Source of the DNA: an uncultured bacterium
GTDB taxonomy: Bacteria > CAIJMQ01
NCBI GenBank assembly: GCA_964573245.1
Contig: CAZNJA010000019.1
Location: 1-19,489, forward strand
Direction: 5' to 3'
DNA: 19,489 bases
Shown here: positions 1-9,698 of the stretch, piece after piece
Numbering within the stretch: the first letter of the stretch is position 1
How the letters are laid out: each line of letters begins with the position of its first letter
The notes under the pieces: generated by a model
Told to the model about the DNA's origin: nothing
Database searches by the model: none
What the model saw: the letters and a program-made list of their open reading frames with translations, nothing else
Translations under genes and position numbers: made by a program

Positions 1-871
1 TAAGTTTCTCTAAATTTGTATTCGTCGCCGCAATAATTCTTGTGTCCACATTTATTGTTTCAGTCCCGCCCACTCTTTCAAACTGTTTTTCCTCAAGGAC
101 TCTTAACAATTTAACCTGAACCGAAGGAGGTATTTCGCTTATTTCATCCAGAAAAAGAGTACCTCCATCTGATAATTCAAACCTGCCTTGTTTTACCCCT
201 ATTGCGCCGGTAAACGCTCCTTTTTCATGGCCAAATAGTTCCGATTCTATAATTGTCTTTGAAAGAGCAGAACACTGGACTGCAATAAAGTTTTTATCCC
301 TGCGGTCGCTTTTCTGATGGATGGCTTTCGCTATTAATTCTTTACCCGTGCCTGATTCACCCTGAATTAGAACTGTGGCTCTTGTAGGTGCTACTTGTGA
401 AATTGTCTCAAAAATATGCTTTATTTTCTTTGACTGTCCAATAATATTTTCAAACGAATAACGTTCATTGATTTCTTTTTTCAACAATTCATAATCTTCT
501 TTAAGTTTTCTATAGGAAAGGGCTCTTTGTATTATCAAGGATAATTTGTCTAAATTAACAGGTTTTGTAAGATAGTCATATGCTCCCAACTTCATAGCTT
601 CAACTGCATTGTCAACCGTCCCGTAAGCAGTCAAAATTATCACAAACGTTGAAGGTGATATCTCCTGAGATTTTTTAAGGATTTCCATACCATTCATTTT
701 GGGCATCTTCATGTCTGACAAAATAATGTCTGCTTTGTTGCGTTTTAAAGAATTGACAGCTTCATGCCCGTTCGAAAAAGCCATAACCTTATATTTTTCT
801 GCTTCCAGGAATTTCCTCAATCCTTCCCGTGTATTCTTGTCATCTTCTATTATTAGGATATTTTCTCGCAT
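1..871 (-). CDS. Sigma-54-dependent response regulator, NtrC/AtoC family (receiver + AAA+), 3' end runs off the window
   Basis: Not in the ORF track; manual translation from ATG at 871: [11 protein letters not shown]...[15 protein letters not shown]...[24 protein letters not shown] (receiver), then GESGTGKE (Walker A), [31 protein letters not shown]. Confidence 0.95.
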   Translation of the reverse strand, partial: MRENILIIEDDKNTREGLRKFLEAEKYKVMAFSNGHEAVNSLKRNKADIILSDMKMPKMNGMEILKKSQEISPSTFVIILTAYGTVDNAVEAMKLGAYDYLTKPVNLDKLSLIIQRALSYRKLKEDYELLKKEINERYSFENIIGQSKKIKHIFETISQVAPTRATVLIQGESGTGKELIAKAIHQKSDRRDKNFIAVQCSALSKTIIESELFGHEKGAFTGAIGVKQGRFELSDGGTLFLDEISEIPPSVQVKLLRVLEEKQFERVGGTETINVDTRIIAATNTNLEKL

Positions 872-968
872 AAATGATACTCTGCCACTATTTTTTTTAT
901 ATTGTATTACATTCTCTTCGCTTCATCCACTACACTTAATATGTAAATAGGCCATTACTTTTGAATTG

Positions 969-1451
969 TTAAAGCTTTAATATTTCTACTTCCAATTTTT
1001 CTGTATCAAGTATGACAACGGTGGGATTATTAAATAACCATCCCCCACACTCCCCGGGATTGATAATTAATGGTGGCCCCTGCCTTATATCTATTTTATG
1101 AGTGTGCCCATAGATTATAATATCGTATCTTCCGCTTTGAGCAAATTCTTCAATCAGGTCTTCCCTATGTATTAAAATTATTCTTTTCCCATCAATAATG
1201 CCTTTATAAACATTATCGTGTATTATGCCGATATCTTTAAACCGTTCTTCTATAAGTAATTTATCGCCGTCATTATTCCCAAATACGCCCGTAAATTTGC
1301 ATTTCAGGCTCATAAAAGGTTTTGCAGTAAAAGCGGATACAAAGTCCCCCGCATGAAACACATGACTGACTTGCTTTTGGTTGAATATTTCTACCGCCTT
1401 ATATAGATAAGGGACATTGTCATGAGAGTCGGATAGAATTCCAATAAGCAT
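969..1451 (-). CDS. Metallophosphoesterase, YfcE/MJ0936 family
   Basis: Motifs SDSH, HAGD, GNND, GHTH, NPGE of calcineurin-like phosphoesterases; 160 aa. Confidence 0.9.
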   Translation of the reverse strand: MLIGILSDSHDNVPYLYKAVEIFNQKQVSHVFHAGDFVSAFTAKPFMSLKCKFTGVFGNNDGDKLLIEERFKDIGIIHDNVYKGIIDGKRIILIHREDLIEEFAQSGRYDIIIYGHTHKIDIRQGPPLIINPGECGGWLFNNPTVVILDTEKLEVEILKL

Positions 1452-1469
1452 AGATATACAGGGGAAAAA

Positions 1470-2327
1470 TTATTTTATATAGCCTTTATTACCGTCTTTA
1501 TTACTACTTGGAGTGGTTCTCGGTTTCAACATTCTGCCCAAAGTGCCCTCGCCTTTTTCAAGCCTGTCGGTAATTATCTCTATATTTTCTATAGTTGCTT
1601 TAAGATGAGGTTCAATATCTTTTATGGTTGTTTTAACTTCTTCCACGGTTTGTCTTAAATCTTTGACTGCCTGCAAAGTTTCATTATAAAGTTCTTCTTC
1701 GTTTACCAACTTACCGACAGTGCCTTCACCTCTTTCTACAGTGGCAACTATTTTATTCAAATTGTCTGCAACTTCATTGAGAGAGATAAGAAGCTTTTGT
1801 AGTGGTTCCCTATTTTCTTTTAAAATTTGGCGGGTTTCGTCCGATGTTTTCAGAAAAGAATCTGTCAAGTTTACTATTATGTCTTTGATTTCGTCCCAAG
1901 TTTCTCCGAATTGGCTTACTATATCTTCGAATACAGGAGGGTCCATCCCTTTTACAATTTCTCCCGGGGCAATTGGTTTGGCTTTAGTTCTGCCGGGAGA
2001 AATAGCCACATATTTGCCTCCCATTACCGAAACTTGAGAAATGGTAATTCTTGAATCTTCGCCTATTTTGGTCCTTTCCTGAACCCAGAGTCTAACCAAT
2101 ATTTTCTCTCCTGTTTCCTCAAGAGACGAAACTTCTCCTACTTTTAGCCCCGCAAGCCGAACATCGTCTCCTGCTTTTAGTCCCGCTACATGGTTAAAAG
2201 CGACTAAAAAACGGTAGCCTCCCCTAAAAGGACGAATCTTGCCAAAAATAACGATAACTGCTATTGTGAGGAAAATAGTTATGACAAAAAATATTCCGAC
2301 TCTTTTCTCGTGCGACAATTTCACCAT
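1470..2327 (-). CDS. mlaD: MCE/MlaD family lipid ABC transporter periplasmic component
   Basis: N-terminal TM anchor, MCE motif GLKAGDDVRLAGLKVGEV...GGKYVAISPG, helical tail with GEGTVGKL repeats; in operon with mlaF/mlaE-like genes. Confidence 0.88.
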   Translation of the reverse strand: MVKLSHEKRVGIFFVITIFLTIAVIVIFGKIRPFRGGYRFLVAFNHVAGLKAGDDVRLAGLKVGEVSSLEETGEKILVRLWVQERTKIGEDSRITISQVSVMGGKYVAISPGRTKAKPIAPGEIVKGMDPPVFEDIVSQFGETWDEIKDIIVNLTDSFLKTSDETRQILKENREPLQKLLISLNEVADNLNKIVATVERGEGTVGKLVNEEELYNETLQAVKDLRQTVEEVKTTIKDIEPHLKATIENIEIITDRLEKGEGTLGRMLKPRTTPSSNKDGNKGYIK

Positions 2328-2370
2328 TTTTTTATTCCTTATAATTAACTGAAGTTATAAGTTCATTTTT

Positions 2371-2410
2371 TGTAACCATTGTTAACCGTTTTTAATTATT
2401 ATTAACCTTC
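2371..2410. repeat. Degenerate 10-nt tandem repeat (xxTAACCxTT x4), intergenic
   Basis: tgtaaccatt gttaaccgtt tttaattatt attaaccttc. Confidence 0.45.
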
Positions 2411-2430
2411 TAACAACCAATTGATTCAAC

Positions 2431-3195
2431 TTATCCGATTTTAATCGGGCCTTCAATTCTACCATGAATAAACTGTTGAACGTAAGGGTTTTCGCTTTTC
2501 ATAAATTTTTCTTTTTCGTTTATCTCCATAATCTTGCCGTCATATAACAACCCTACTCTATCCGCTACTCTGTTTATACAATTAAGGTCATGAGTAACGA
2601 CTATGGAAGTTGCGCCTGTTAGTTTTTTTACTTCCAAAATCAATTGATTGATTGAATTGGCTATAATCGGGTCAAGCCCGCTTGTGGGTTCGTCGTAAAG
2701 AATTATTTGCGGGTCCATTACAAGCGCTCTTGCGAGCCCTACTCTTCTTCGCATTCCGCCGGACAGAGAATCCGGCATCTGCTCTTTTATATCCTTTAAT
2801 CCGACAAGGTCCAGCTTTTCTTTAACCTTTTTATTTATTTTTTCCTCCGTCAAATTCGTCCCTTCTCTTAACGGCAACGCTACATTTTCAGACACAGTCA
2901 AAGAATTCAGCAGAGCTCCGGCTTGAAACAGCATCCCAAATAACATCCTTCTAATCGAACTTATTTCTTCTTCTTTAAGAGGGGCTATATCTATCGCGCC
3001 GATATAAATTTGGCCGCTGTCCGGCCTCATAAGCCCTATTAAATGCTTTAACAGCACGGACTTTCCGATTCCGCTCTTGCCCAATATTCCAAGAGTTTCA
3101 CCTTTCTTAATATCAACATCTAATTCGTCCAGAACTTTATTGCCGTTGAAACTCTTGGTTAACTTTTTTACTCTGATAGTAATTTCTTCTTCCAT
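2431..3195 (-). CDS. mlaF: ABC transporter ATP-binding protein, MlaF/Mkl family
   Basis: Walker A GKSGIGKS, LSGGMRRRV signature, LYDEPTSGLDP, VVTHD; C-terminal PYVQQFIHG..EGPI typical of MlaF. Confidence 0.92.
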   Translation of the reverse strand: MEEEITIRVKKLTKSFNGNKVLDELDVDIKKGETLGILGKSGIGKSVLLKHLIGLMRPDSGQIYIGAIDIAPLKEEEISSIRRMLFGMLFQAGALLNSLTVSENVALPLREGTNLTEEKINKKVKEKLDLVGLKDIKEQMPDSLSGGMRRRVGLARALVMDPQIILYDEPTSGLDPIIANSINQLILEVKKLTGATSIVVTHDLNCINRVADRVGLLYDGKIMEINEKEKFMKSENPYVQQFIHGRIEGPIKIG

Positions 3196-3210
3196 TTTCC
3201 TTTAATTTTT

Positions 3211-3984
3211 TTAATACAGCATGTGTGTTATAAAATAATCCGCAACCAATATTAGCAAAAACGAATCTACAACAGATAAGGTGGTGGCTTTCCCAACGCC
3301 TCTTGCTCCGCCTTCGGTTTTAAGCCCGTGATAACAAGCCATAGTCGCGATTATACCGCCGAAAACTGCCGCCTTTACAATACCGTTTGCGACATCTTTT
3401 AATGTAACAAAATTCACCATATGCCTCACATATTCGTATAATTTTATATTTAACTGGGCTCTGCCGATTAAGAAACCGCCGCTTATACCCAAAACGTCCG
3501 TCAAAATGGTAAGCAAAGGCAAAACCATTATTGCCGCGACGAAACGCGGCATAACCAAATATCTTATCGGGTCGATAGCCATAGAGCGCAGCGCGTCCAC
3601 TTCTTCTGAAACCTGCATTGTCCCTATTTCCGCTGTCATTGCTGCGCCTGCTCTGCCCGCCACTATAAGACCCGTGAGAACAGGACCAAGTTCTCTTACC
3701 AAAGTAGCCGCAACCCCGACCCCCAAAAATTGTTGCGCCTGAAATTTTAAAAGTTCATGTCCCGCCTGAAGTCCCATAACCATTCCCGTAAATATTGCCA
3801 TAAGGGATACCATGGGCACGGAATCAACGCCGATTTCAGCCACCTGTTGAATTATGCGTTTTGAGTTGCGATGAGCGACTGTGGAAAAACATAAAGTCCT
3901 AAACAAGAGTATTATTACTTCCCCCACCTTTTGGATTCCGCGCCAGAACGCGCTGTCTTTGTTATTGTTTGCCATTTTTGTCAA
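3211..3984 (-). CDS. mlaE: MlaE family ABC transporter permease
   Basis: RELGPVLTGLIVAGRAGAAMTAEIGTM..SEEVDAL..MAIDPIRYLVMPR and GGARGVGKATT motifs. Confidence 0.93.
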   Translation of the reverse strand: MTKMANNNKDSAFWRGIQKVGEVIILLFRTLCFSTVAHRNSKRIIQQVAEIGVDSVPMVSLMAIFTGMVMGLQAGHELLKFQAQQFLGVGVAATLVRELGPVLTGLIVAGRAGAAMTAEIGTMQVSEEVDALRSMAIDPIRYLVMPRFVAAIMVLPLLTILTDVLGISGGFLIGRAQLNIKLYEYVRHMVNFVTLKDVANGIVKAAVFGGIIATMACYHGLKTEGGARGVGKATTLSVVDSFLLILVADYFITHMLY

Positions 3985-6115
3985 ATTCGATAATTTTATC
4001 CAACCGCTCGACGAACTTCTCGACCCGGGTCAATGAGGGGTCTGTTTTGAGCGCTTCCTCATAAGCCTGCCTTGCTTTTGTAAAGTCTTTCATATTAAAA
4101 TAACAATCTCCGAGTCTTAATAAAATTCTAACATTTTTTTTGCCCGATTGCATTGCTTTTATATAGTTCTGCGCCGCTTCTTCCCATTGTTTTTTATAAT
4201 AGTAAACTTCTCCCATACCGGCATATGCTCCGCCAAAATCTTCAAGATTAGGATTTATTTTTTTCTTCAGTTCCTGGATTTCAGCAGCTGTCTGGTAACT
4301 AGCCAACGCTTTATCCTCATCTCCAAAATGCATATAAACGGCTCCTACATTGCAATATGTTTTAGGTTCATAAGGGTTTAACTGCAGAGAAACCTGCAAT
4401 TGTGTCAATGCATTTTCCCATTTGCCTATTCTCAAATAAATAGAGCCCAAATTATAATTTATATCAGCGTAATTAGGTGCCAACTCTTTTAATTTCAAAT
4501 ACACATTTAATGCTTCCTCTGTCTTATTTATTCTAGCGTACACAAAAGCAAGACGGTAATAAGCTTTCCAATTATAACGGTTCCACTTAATAGCTTTCTG
4601 AAACTTTTGTATGGATTCCTTCCATCTTTCTTGCTCTCTCAATACAAGAGCGGTTTTTAGATAAACGGAACTTGTTATCATCTTAACCGTTGCGTTTGTA
4701 TAAAGAATTCCCAGCAATATGGCAATGGGGACTATAAACCATAAAAGAATTTTATTTTTAGGAAACTTTTTATTGAAATAGTTCTTTTCTTCTTGAGTGG
4801 TTTTGATCTGCAAAGGATAATCTCTTAATTTACACCCTGCGCAAATCAACCCGAGAAAAAGATAAAAATAAATAGCGGATGCTTCAAGACGCAAATTCAC
4901 GCATGTCATATTCTGGGTAAACAATGCTATCACTCCGGCGAGTAAACCTGCGTGAACAATATTTGATAAATCCAGAGACTGCCTATTAAAAACTCTTATT
5001 CCCCTAAAGAAAACTATTCCTAAAAATAAAAGAAAAATGCCGAGTCCGATAAGCCCTATTTCGCTTGCAGTTTGTAAAATTTCATTATGAGCGTGGTCTG
5101 TTGCATTTACCGAATATATATTCAAAAAATATTCCGGAACACGAAAGCGGGGATACACAATTATAAAAGTGCCCATCCCCCAGCCCAAAAACGGACGGGC
5201 AAGTATCATTTTCAAAGTCCCCTGCCACATATAAAGTCTTACCCCTACCGTGCCTTTTGTCATTTCATTTTCAAGATAAGATTTAATCTGCGGCGCTTTC
5301 TGAATTAAAAAGCCGCTACCTACAAATAATACGATAACGAGCCCTATGGCAACAGAAGTCTTCCATTTCGGTTTTAATATATATTTCCCGAACAAAATCA
5401 ATAAAAAAAGCAGAGAAACAGCCAATGCCAGCCACGCACCGCGCGAACCCAAAAGATGCAGAAGAAAAATCGTTATTATTGTCAGAATAAAAAATAACGA
5501 GGAAACAAAAAAGTTTTTACGAATAAAATTGTATATCCCCAATAAAATTACGACAGGTAGAATTGTAACCAAGTATGCTGAAAAAAAGTTGGGATTCCCG
5601 AACGTGGAAATTATTACAGGGTTTTTATTATGCAAGTAGTTAAATAATGCATGAAAGGAAAGTCCCGCAAAAACTACAATTATAAAAACGACAACACTAA
5701 GTAAATCTTTTTCCCTTTTTATCAGATTTACAACGACAAAATACAGAAAAAAACAAGTCAAAAGCCGGCTTAATTCTCTTATGCTTGCATACATAAAGCT
5801 GGAAGTGAGCAGATTTATGACAAGCCATGCGGTCAAAAATGCCAAAGCGATAAAAGACGGGTCTTTGTAAAATGAGATTTCCCCTTTTTCAAGAATTTGA
5901 TAAAGCCAAAGGACAAAAACAATAATTAAGAGAAACTGCGCAATCGCAAGTTTGATAAGCACATAATTGTAAGCCCGCGGAATCATCGCAAGCGCCGCAG
6001 AACAGGCAATAATGATTATAAGTGTAAGATAAATCTTGTCAAAAATATTGGAAGGAGCAGAAACAATTGCTTTGCCTGCGGATTTTATCTTTTTCAATTT
6101 CCTCATTTCGGACAA
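3962..6115 (-). CDS. O-antigen ligase (Wzy_C/WaaL-like) membrane protein with C-terminal TPR repeats
   Basis: Many TM segments; STFGNPNFF, SRGAW, R..MW..T.KMI..RPFLGWGMGTF, HAHNEILQ motifs; C-terminal TPR-like helical repeats. Confidence 0.85.
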   Translation of the reverse strand: MSEMRKLKKIKSAGKAIVSAPSNIFDKIYLTLIIIIACSAALAMIPRAYNYVLIKLAIAQFLLIIVFVLWLYQILEKGEISFYKDPSFIALAFLTAWLVINLLTSSFMYASIRELSRLLTCFFLYFVVVNLIKREKDLLSVVVFIIVVFAGLSFHALFNYLHNKNPVIISTFGNPNFFSAYLVTILPVVILLGIYNFIRKNFFVSSLFFILTIITIFLLHLLGSRGAWLALAVSLLFLLILFGKYILKPKWKTSVAIGLVIVLFVGSGFLIQKAPQIKSYLENEMTKGTVGVRLYMWQGTLKMILARPFLGWGMGTFIIVYPRFRVPEYFLNIYSVNATDHAHNEILQTASEIGLIGLGIFLLFLGIVFFRGIRVFNRQSLDLSNIVHAGLLAGVIALFTQNMTCVNLRLEASAIYFYLFLGLICAGCKLRDYPLQIKTTQEEKNYFNKKFPKNKILLWFIVPIAILLGILYTNATVKMITSSVYLKTALVLREQERWKESIQKFQKAIKWNRYNWKAYYRLAFVYARINKTEEALNVYLKLKELAPNYADINYNLGSIYLRIGKWENALTQLQVSLQLNPYEPKTYCNVGAVYMHFGDEDKALASYQTAAEIQELKKKINPNLEDFGGAYAGMGEVYYYKKQWEEAAQNYIKAMQSGKKNVRILLRLGDCYFNMKDFTKARQAYEEALKTDPSLTRVEKFVERLDKIIEFDKNGKQ

Positions 6116-6139
6116 TTATACTCAAGCTGTTCTAAAATG

Positions 6140-6706
6140 TCATTCCTCACCGTTAGTCGGTTTATAAAAATAAACTTTTGCCTCACCGTATTTTCTCTCA
6201 TCTATAACAGACATATTATTGACGGAAACAGACAATTGGGTTTTGTGATGAACTCTTACTATAATCAAGCCCTCCGGTTTAATTAACGATAAAAAAGAAG
6301 CATGAGTTAATGTTTGATAAGCAAAATCCGTATTATAAGGCGGGTCTATAAACACGATAGAAAAAGTTTTTTCCATTTTTTCCATATACTCGATTGCTTC
6401 TTTAAAATCTCTGCTTAAGACCGATATTTTTTTGTCGAGTTGAAGTTTTTGAGCATTTTCTTTGATTAATTTTATATTTTGACGACTTTTATCTACGAAT
6501 GTAACCTTACCGGCCCCTCTGGATAATGCTTCAAACCCTAAAATCCCCGTTCCTGCAAACATATCCAAAACTTGGGCACCGATTACCCTGTCAAACAATA
6601 TGGAAAAAATAGCGTTTTTGATTTTATCGGTAATAGGACGCAGTAAAGGAGAACGCTTACCGCTTTTTAATTCTCTGCCTTTTTTCTCGCCGCTTGATAT
6701 CCTCAT
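6140..6706 (-). CDS. rsmD: 16S rRNA (guanine966-N2)-methyltransferase
   Basis: MRISSG..KGR, LRP, LDMFAGTG.LG.EALSRGA, FIDPPY, RKYG. Confidence 0.92.
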   Translation of the reverse strand: MRISSGEKKGRELKSGKRSPLLRPITDKIKNAIFSILFDRVIGAQVLDMFAGTGILGFEALSRGAGKVTFVDKSRQNIKLIKENAQKLQLDKKISVLSRDFKEAIEYMEKMEKTFSIVFIDPPYNTDFAYQTLTHASFLSLIKPEGLIIVRVHHKTQLSVSVNNMSVIDERKYGEAKVYFYKPTNGEE

Positions 6707-6752
6707 CTTGATTCTAATTTTACACTTTCCTTGTCTGGTTAGAAACCCCTAT

Positions 6753-6848
6753 AACTAAAGAACTAAAAAATAAAAGGACGAAAGAACAACTGCTTGAAAG
6801 TTTTTGGGTTCCTGCGTTTATTTGTTCCTTAATTTTTCGGTTTTCCTT
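6753..6848. repeat. Degenerate 8-nt tandem repeats: an A-rich run followed by a T-rich run in the divergent intergenic region
   Basis: AACTAAAG AACTAAAA AATAAAAG GACGAAAG, then TTTTTGGG TTCCTGCG TTTATTTG TTCCTTAA TTTTTCGG. Confidence 0.4.
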
Positions 6849-6851
6849 CAT

Positions 6852-6880
6852 TTGACTTTTAATATCCCATGCGATAATCT
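6852..6880 (+). promoter_or_regulatory. Putative sigma70 promoter for the plus-strand block
   Basis: TTGACT (6852-6857), 17 nt, TAATCT (6875-6880); followed by SD GGAGG 6895-6899 and ATG 6906. Confidence 0.55.
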
Positions 6881-6905
6881 GCTATCTTAATAAGGGAGGC
6901 AGTTT

Positions 6906-7043
6906 ATGCAAAACAAGGAACGCCGTTCAGGGGAAAAACGAAGAACAAAAAAGCGAAGAATATCCAAAGGCGCAAAACGCCGTTATTCGGAGCGAAGAAA
7001 CGGCAAAGACAGAAGGCAAAAAAAAGACCGAAGGAAATCCTAA
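6906..7043 (+). CDS. Small Arg/Lys-rich protein (45 aa) with [DE]RR repeats
   Basis: Below the ORF-track cutoff; MQNKERRSGEKRRTKKRRISKGAKRRYSERRNGKDRRQKKDRRKS*; SD GGAGG 6 nt upstream and a promoter-like sequence before it. Confidence 0.7.
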   Translation: MQNKERRSGEKRRTKKRRISKGAKRRYSERRNGKDRRQKKDRRKS

Positions 7044-7065
7044 TACATACTTTTTAAAAAACTAC

Positions 7066-7551
7066 ATGCACACTTTAACAAGTCTTATCGTAATATTTTT
7101 TATTTTCATCTCATCCACCATATACGCAATAGAGCCAACGGTAAACTTTTCCGGAACATGGTCTTTAAATAGCGATAAAACCTTACTGCAAGGGAAAAGG
7201 ACATCTGCCCAAGGAGAGATGGACATCCGCCAAGAAGAAAATAGTCTAACCATTAAAAGGATTTCGCCGGGTCGGCAAGAGGACACAGTTATAAGTATTG
7301 AAGAATTACCGTTAGACGGACAAGAAAAAGACATTGTGATATCCGGCAAACGCGCAAAATTATATGTGAGTTGGTCAACAGACGGCAAAAAAATGACAAT
7401 TTTCTATATTATTCTTTTTGCCCAAAACGATACTAGAACCACTACTGAAGTTTGGGAACTGTCAGAAGACGGAAAAACTCTTTCAATCAATTACACATCT
7501 AAATCATCCAAAGGCACACGAACAGCCACCTATGTTTATGACAAACAATGA
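7066..7551 (+). CDS. Hypothetical exported protein, lipocalin-like beta-barrel possible
   Basis: Signal peptide ending IYA; FSGTWSLN motif; beta-strand-rich; ATGA overlap with the next gene. Confidence 0.7.
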   Translation: MHTLTSLIVIFFIFISSTIYAIEPTVNFSGTWSLNSDKTLLQGKRTSAQGEMDIRQEENSLTIKRISPGRQEDTVISIEELPLDGQEKDIVISGKRAKLYVSWSTDGKKMTIFYIILFAQNDTRTTTEVWELSEDGKTLSINYTSKSSKGTRTATYVYDKQ

Positions 7552-8762
7552 AACACTACCAAGTTATAATAATTGGCGCAGGAGGGGCAGGGTTAATGTG
7601 CGCTTTGACTGCCGGGCAAAGAGGGCGCAAAGTCCTTATTTTGGAACATACAAATCAAATCGGCAGTAAAATCCTTGTTTCAGGCGGAGGACACTGTAAC
7701 TTTTCAAACCTCCTTGTTCAATCGGAAAACTATACATCCAACAATCCCAAATTCTGCAAATCCGCATTAAGCAGATTTACCCCGGATTCTTTTATTTCAC
7801 TATTGGAAAAATATAATATTTCATATCATGAGAAAAAAGCAGGGCAACTATTCTTAAACAAAAAATCACAAGAAATTGCAAATATATTATTGAAAGAATG
7901 TAAAATCAGCGGCGTAAAAATTCAGGTAAACTGCAAAATCGCAAAGATAGAAAAAGGGCGAAACTTTTTAATAAAAACTAATTCAGGTGATTACACATCG
8001 GAATCTTTGGTCATAGCAACAGGTGGTCTCTCAATGCCTGAAATTGGCGCTTCAAATTTCGGATATGAAATTGCCAAACAATTCGGATTGAACATCATTC
8101 CTACCCGTCCCGCTTTGGCTCCGTTACTTTTTAACAACAAAAATCTTCGTGATTTGGCAGGCATTTCCGTAGATGCTCTCGTTTCCTGCGAAACCCTGCA
8201 CCAGTCCCGAACTAATACGACTTCGGGACGACGCAGGGCAAGGAAATCTTTTAGGGAATCCATGCTTTTTACTCACAAAGGATTAAGCGGTCCTGCAATA
8301 CTGCAAATTTCAAACCATTGGAATAAGGGAAATGGGATTGCAATAAATCTTCTGCCTGATATTGATTTAGCCGAAAAGATAGAAAGATGGCAGAGAGAAA
8401 GACCCAAAGCGGAATTAAAAACCTTAATAAGCGAACTATTGCCAAAACGTCTTGTTCAAAAATGGTTCAAGTTATATTGTTCTAACAAACCAGTAAACCA
8501 ATACAATAAAAAAGAAATCAACCAAATCGCAGAAACTTTCCACAAATGGAGTGTTATTCCTTCAGGAACGGAAGGTTATAAAGTGGCTGAAGCAACAAAA
8601 GGCGGAGTTGATACAAGGGAAATATCTTCCAAAATATTCAAAGCCCATAAAGTAAAAGGGCTCTACTTTATCGGCGAAGTGTTGGACATAACAGGCGAGT
8701 TAGGCGGTTTTAATCTCCACTGGGCTTGGGCATCGGGTTACTGTGCAGGACTGTTTGTGTAA
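7548..8762 (+). CDS. NAD(P)/FAD-dependent oxidoreductase, HI0933/YhiN/BaiN family
   Basis: IIIGAGGAGLMCA, GSKILVSGGGHCNFSN, ATGGLS.P.IGAS.FGY, LFTHKGLSGPAILQIS, GLYFIGEVLD.TGELGGFN..WAWASG. Confidence 0.93.
   Translation: MKHYQVIIIGAGGAGLMCALTAGQRGRKVLILEHTNQIGSKILVSGGGHCNFSNLLVQSENYTSNNPKFCKSALSRFTPDSFISLLEKYNISYHEKKAGQLFLNKKSQEIANILLKECKISGVKIQVNCKIAKIEKGRNFLIKTNSGDYTSESLVIATGGLSMPEIGASNFGYEIAKQFGLNIIPTRPALAPLLFNNKNLRDLAGISVDALVSCETLHQSRTNTTSGRRRARKSFRESMLFTHKGLSGPAILQISNHWNKGNGIAINLLPDIDLAEKIERWQRERPKAELKTLISELLPKRLVQKWFKLYCSNKPVNQYNKKEINQIAETFHKWSVIPSGTEGYKVAEATKGGVDTREISSKIFKAHKVKGLYFIGEVLDITGELGGFNLHWAWASGYCAGLFV
8194..8238. repeat. 45-nt palindromic element inserted in frame in the oxidoreductase gene
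   Basis: CCCTGC-ACCA-GTCCCGAA-(10 nt)-TTCGGGAC-GAC-GCAGGG. Confidence 0.7.
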
Positions 8763-8794
8763 CCCCCACACACCAAAATCTTTGATGTGGGGGT
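8762..8794. repeat. GC-rich hairpin (REP-like) right after the stop codon; no adjacent U-tract
   Basis: ACCCCCACA (8762-8770) / TGTGGGGGT (8786-8794), inner CAAA/TTTG. Confidence 0.6.
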
Positions 8795-8857
8795 AAACGA
8801 TTTCTCTTGATTTCTTGTGAGTTAAGAGGTTTAATAAGATAAATAAGGGAGTAAATT

Positions 8858-9376
8858 ATGAATAAAAGACAGGTTCTTGATATCGTTCTCATTATTTTCG
8901 GGATTTATTTTTTAATGTATTTTATTCAATCTATGGTGCAAACAATTTTTATAATGTTCTTTCAAGAAGAACTTATCAAAAAAGGTATCTATTTTTTCAT
9001 GCTGTACCTATATCTATTAATTCCTCTTGCAATTGCCGCTTTTTTCTTATTCAAAAGAGAAAAGTTACTTAATATGCTTATTGGCAAATCAGAACAGCAA
9101 GGAGCGCAACAATCCGAAACAATGCCTTGCTATGGAAGATTGGCTTTTTGGCTTCAAATTCTTGGTTTATATTATTTTATTTCATCGGTTGCACGAGCTA
9201 TTCCACAGCTTACTAGAGTAATATCAATGTCTTCACACTATTCTGCCAAACACTTCTGGTGGCAGGAGATGGGAAGTTCTATAGTAACGATTATTCTGGC
9301 TTTTCTGCTACTATGGAAAAGCGAATTAATCGCGGATTTTATAAATAAGATTACCAAACAACCACAACCTAAATAA
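8858..9376 (+). CDS. Hypothetical membrane protein (~4 TM)
   Basis: SD GGGAG upstream; four hydrophobic segments. Confidence 0.75.
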   Translation: MNKRQVLDIVLIIFGIYFLMYFIQSMVQTIFIMFFQEELIKKGIYFFMLYLYLLIPLAIAAFFLFKREKLLNMLIGKSEQQGAQQSETMPCYGRLAFWLQILGLYYFISSVARAIPQLTRVISMSSHYSAKHFWWQEMGSSIVTIILAFLLLWKSELIADFINKITKQPQPK

Positions 9377-9386
9377 GGAGGTTTAA

Positions 9387-9683
9387 ATGGCAAACGGTCA
9401 AGGGGAACAAAAAAAAGAAATAAAAGTCAGTTGTCCGCCGCATCTGCAGAGCGGCTCATATTCCAATAATATGATAGTTATGCATACTAAAGAAGAATTC
9501 GTGATGGATTTTTTGATGATTGTCCCGCCGGCAGGGACTGTAACCTCAAGAGTAATCTTAAGCCCCGGACACGTGAAAAGAATGATAAAAGCATTGCAGG
9601 ACAATATCGCCAAATACGAAACAAAATTCGGCGTCATCCAAGCCGCCGAAGAACCCAAAGGCAAAATGGGGTTTCATGCGTAA
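9387..9683 (+). CDS. DUF3467 family protein
   Basis: SD AAGGAGG; G.YSN..IV.HT.EEFVMDF...RVILSPGH.KR...AL..NI.KYE.KFG pattern. Confidence 0.85.
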   Translation: MANGQGEQKKEIKVSCPPHLQSGSYSNNMIVMHTKEEFVMDFLMIVPPAGTVTSRVILSPGHVKRMIKALQDNIAKYETKFGVIQAAEEPKGKMGFHA

Positions 9684-9698
9684 AAAAAGGAGGATAGT

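Noticed and set aside
699-950. 83-aa plus-strand ORF
   Set aside because: Antisense shadow of the NtrC-family receiver domain
1720-5639. Short plus-strand ORFs within the mla and O-antigen-ligase genes
   Set aside because: Antisense to well-supported genes; no recognisable motifs
8762-8794. Intrinsic terminator after the oxidoreductase
   Set aside because: No U-tract directly after the stem; it fits the palindromic repeat family better
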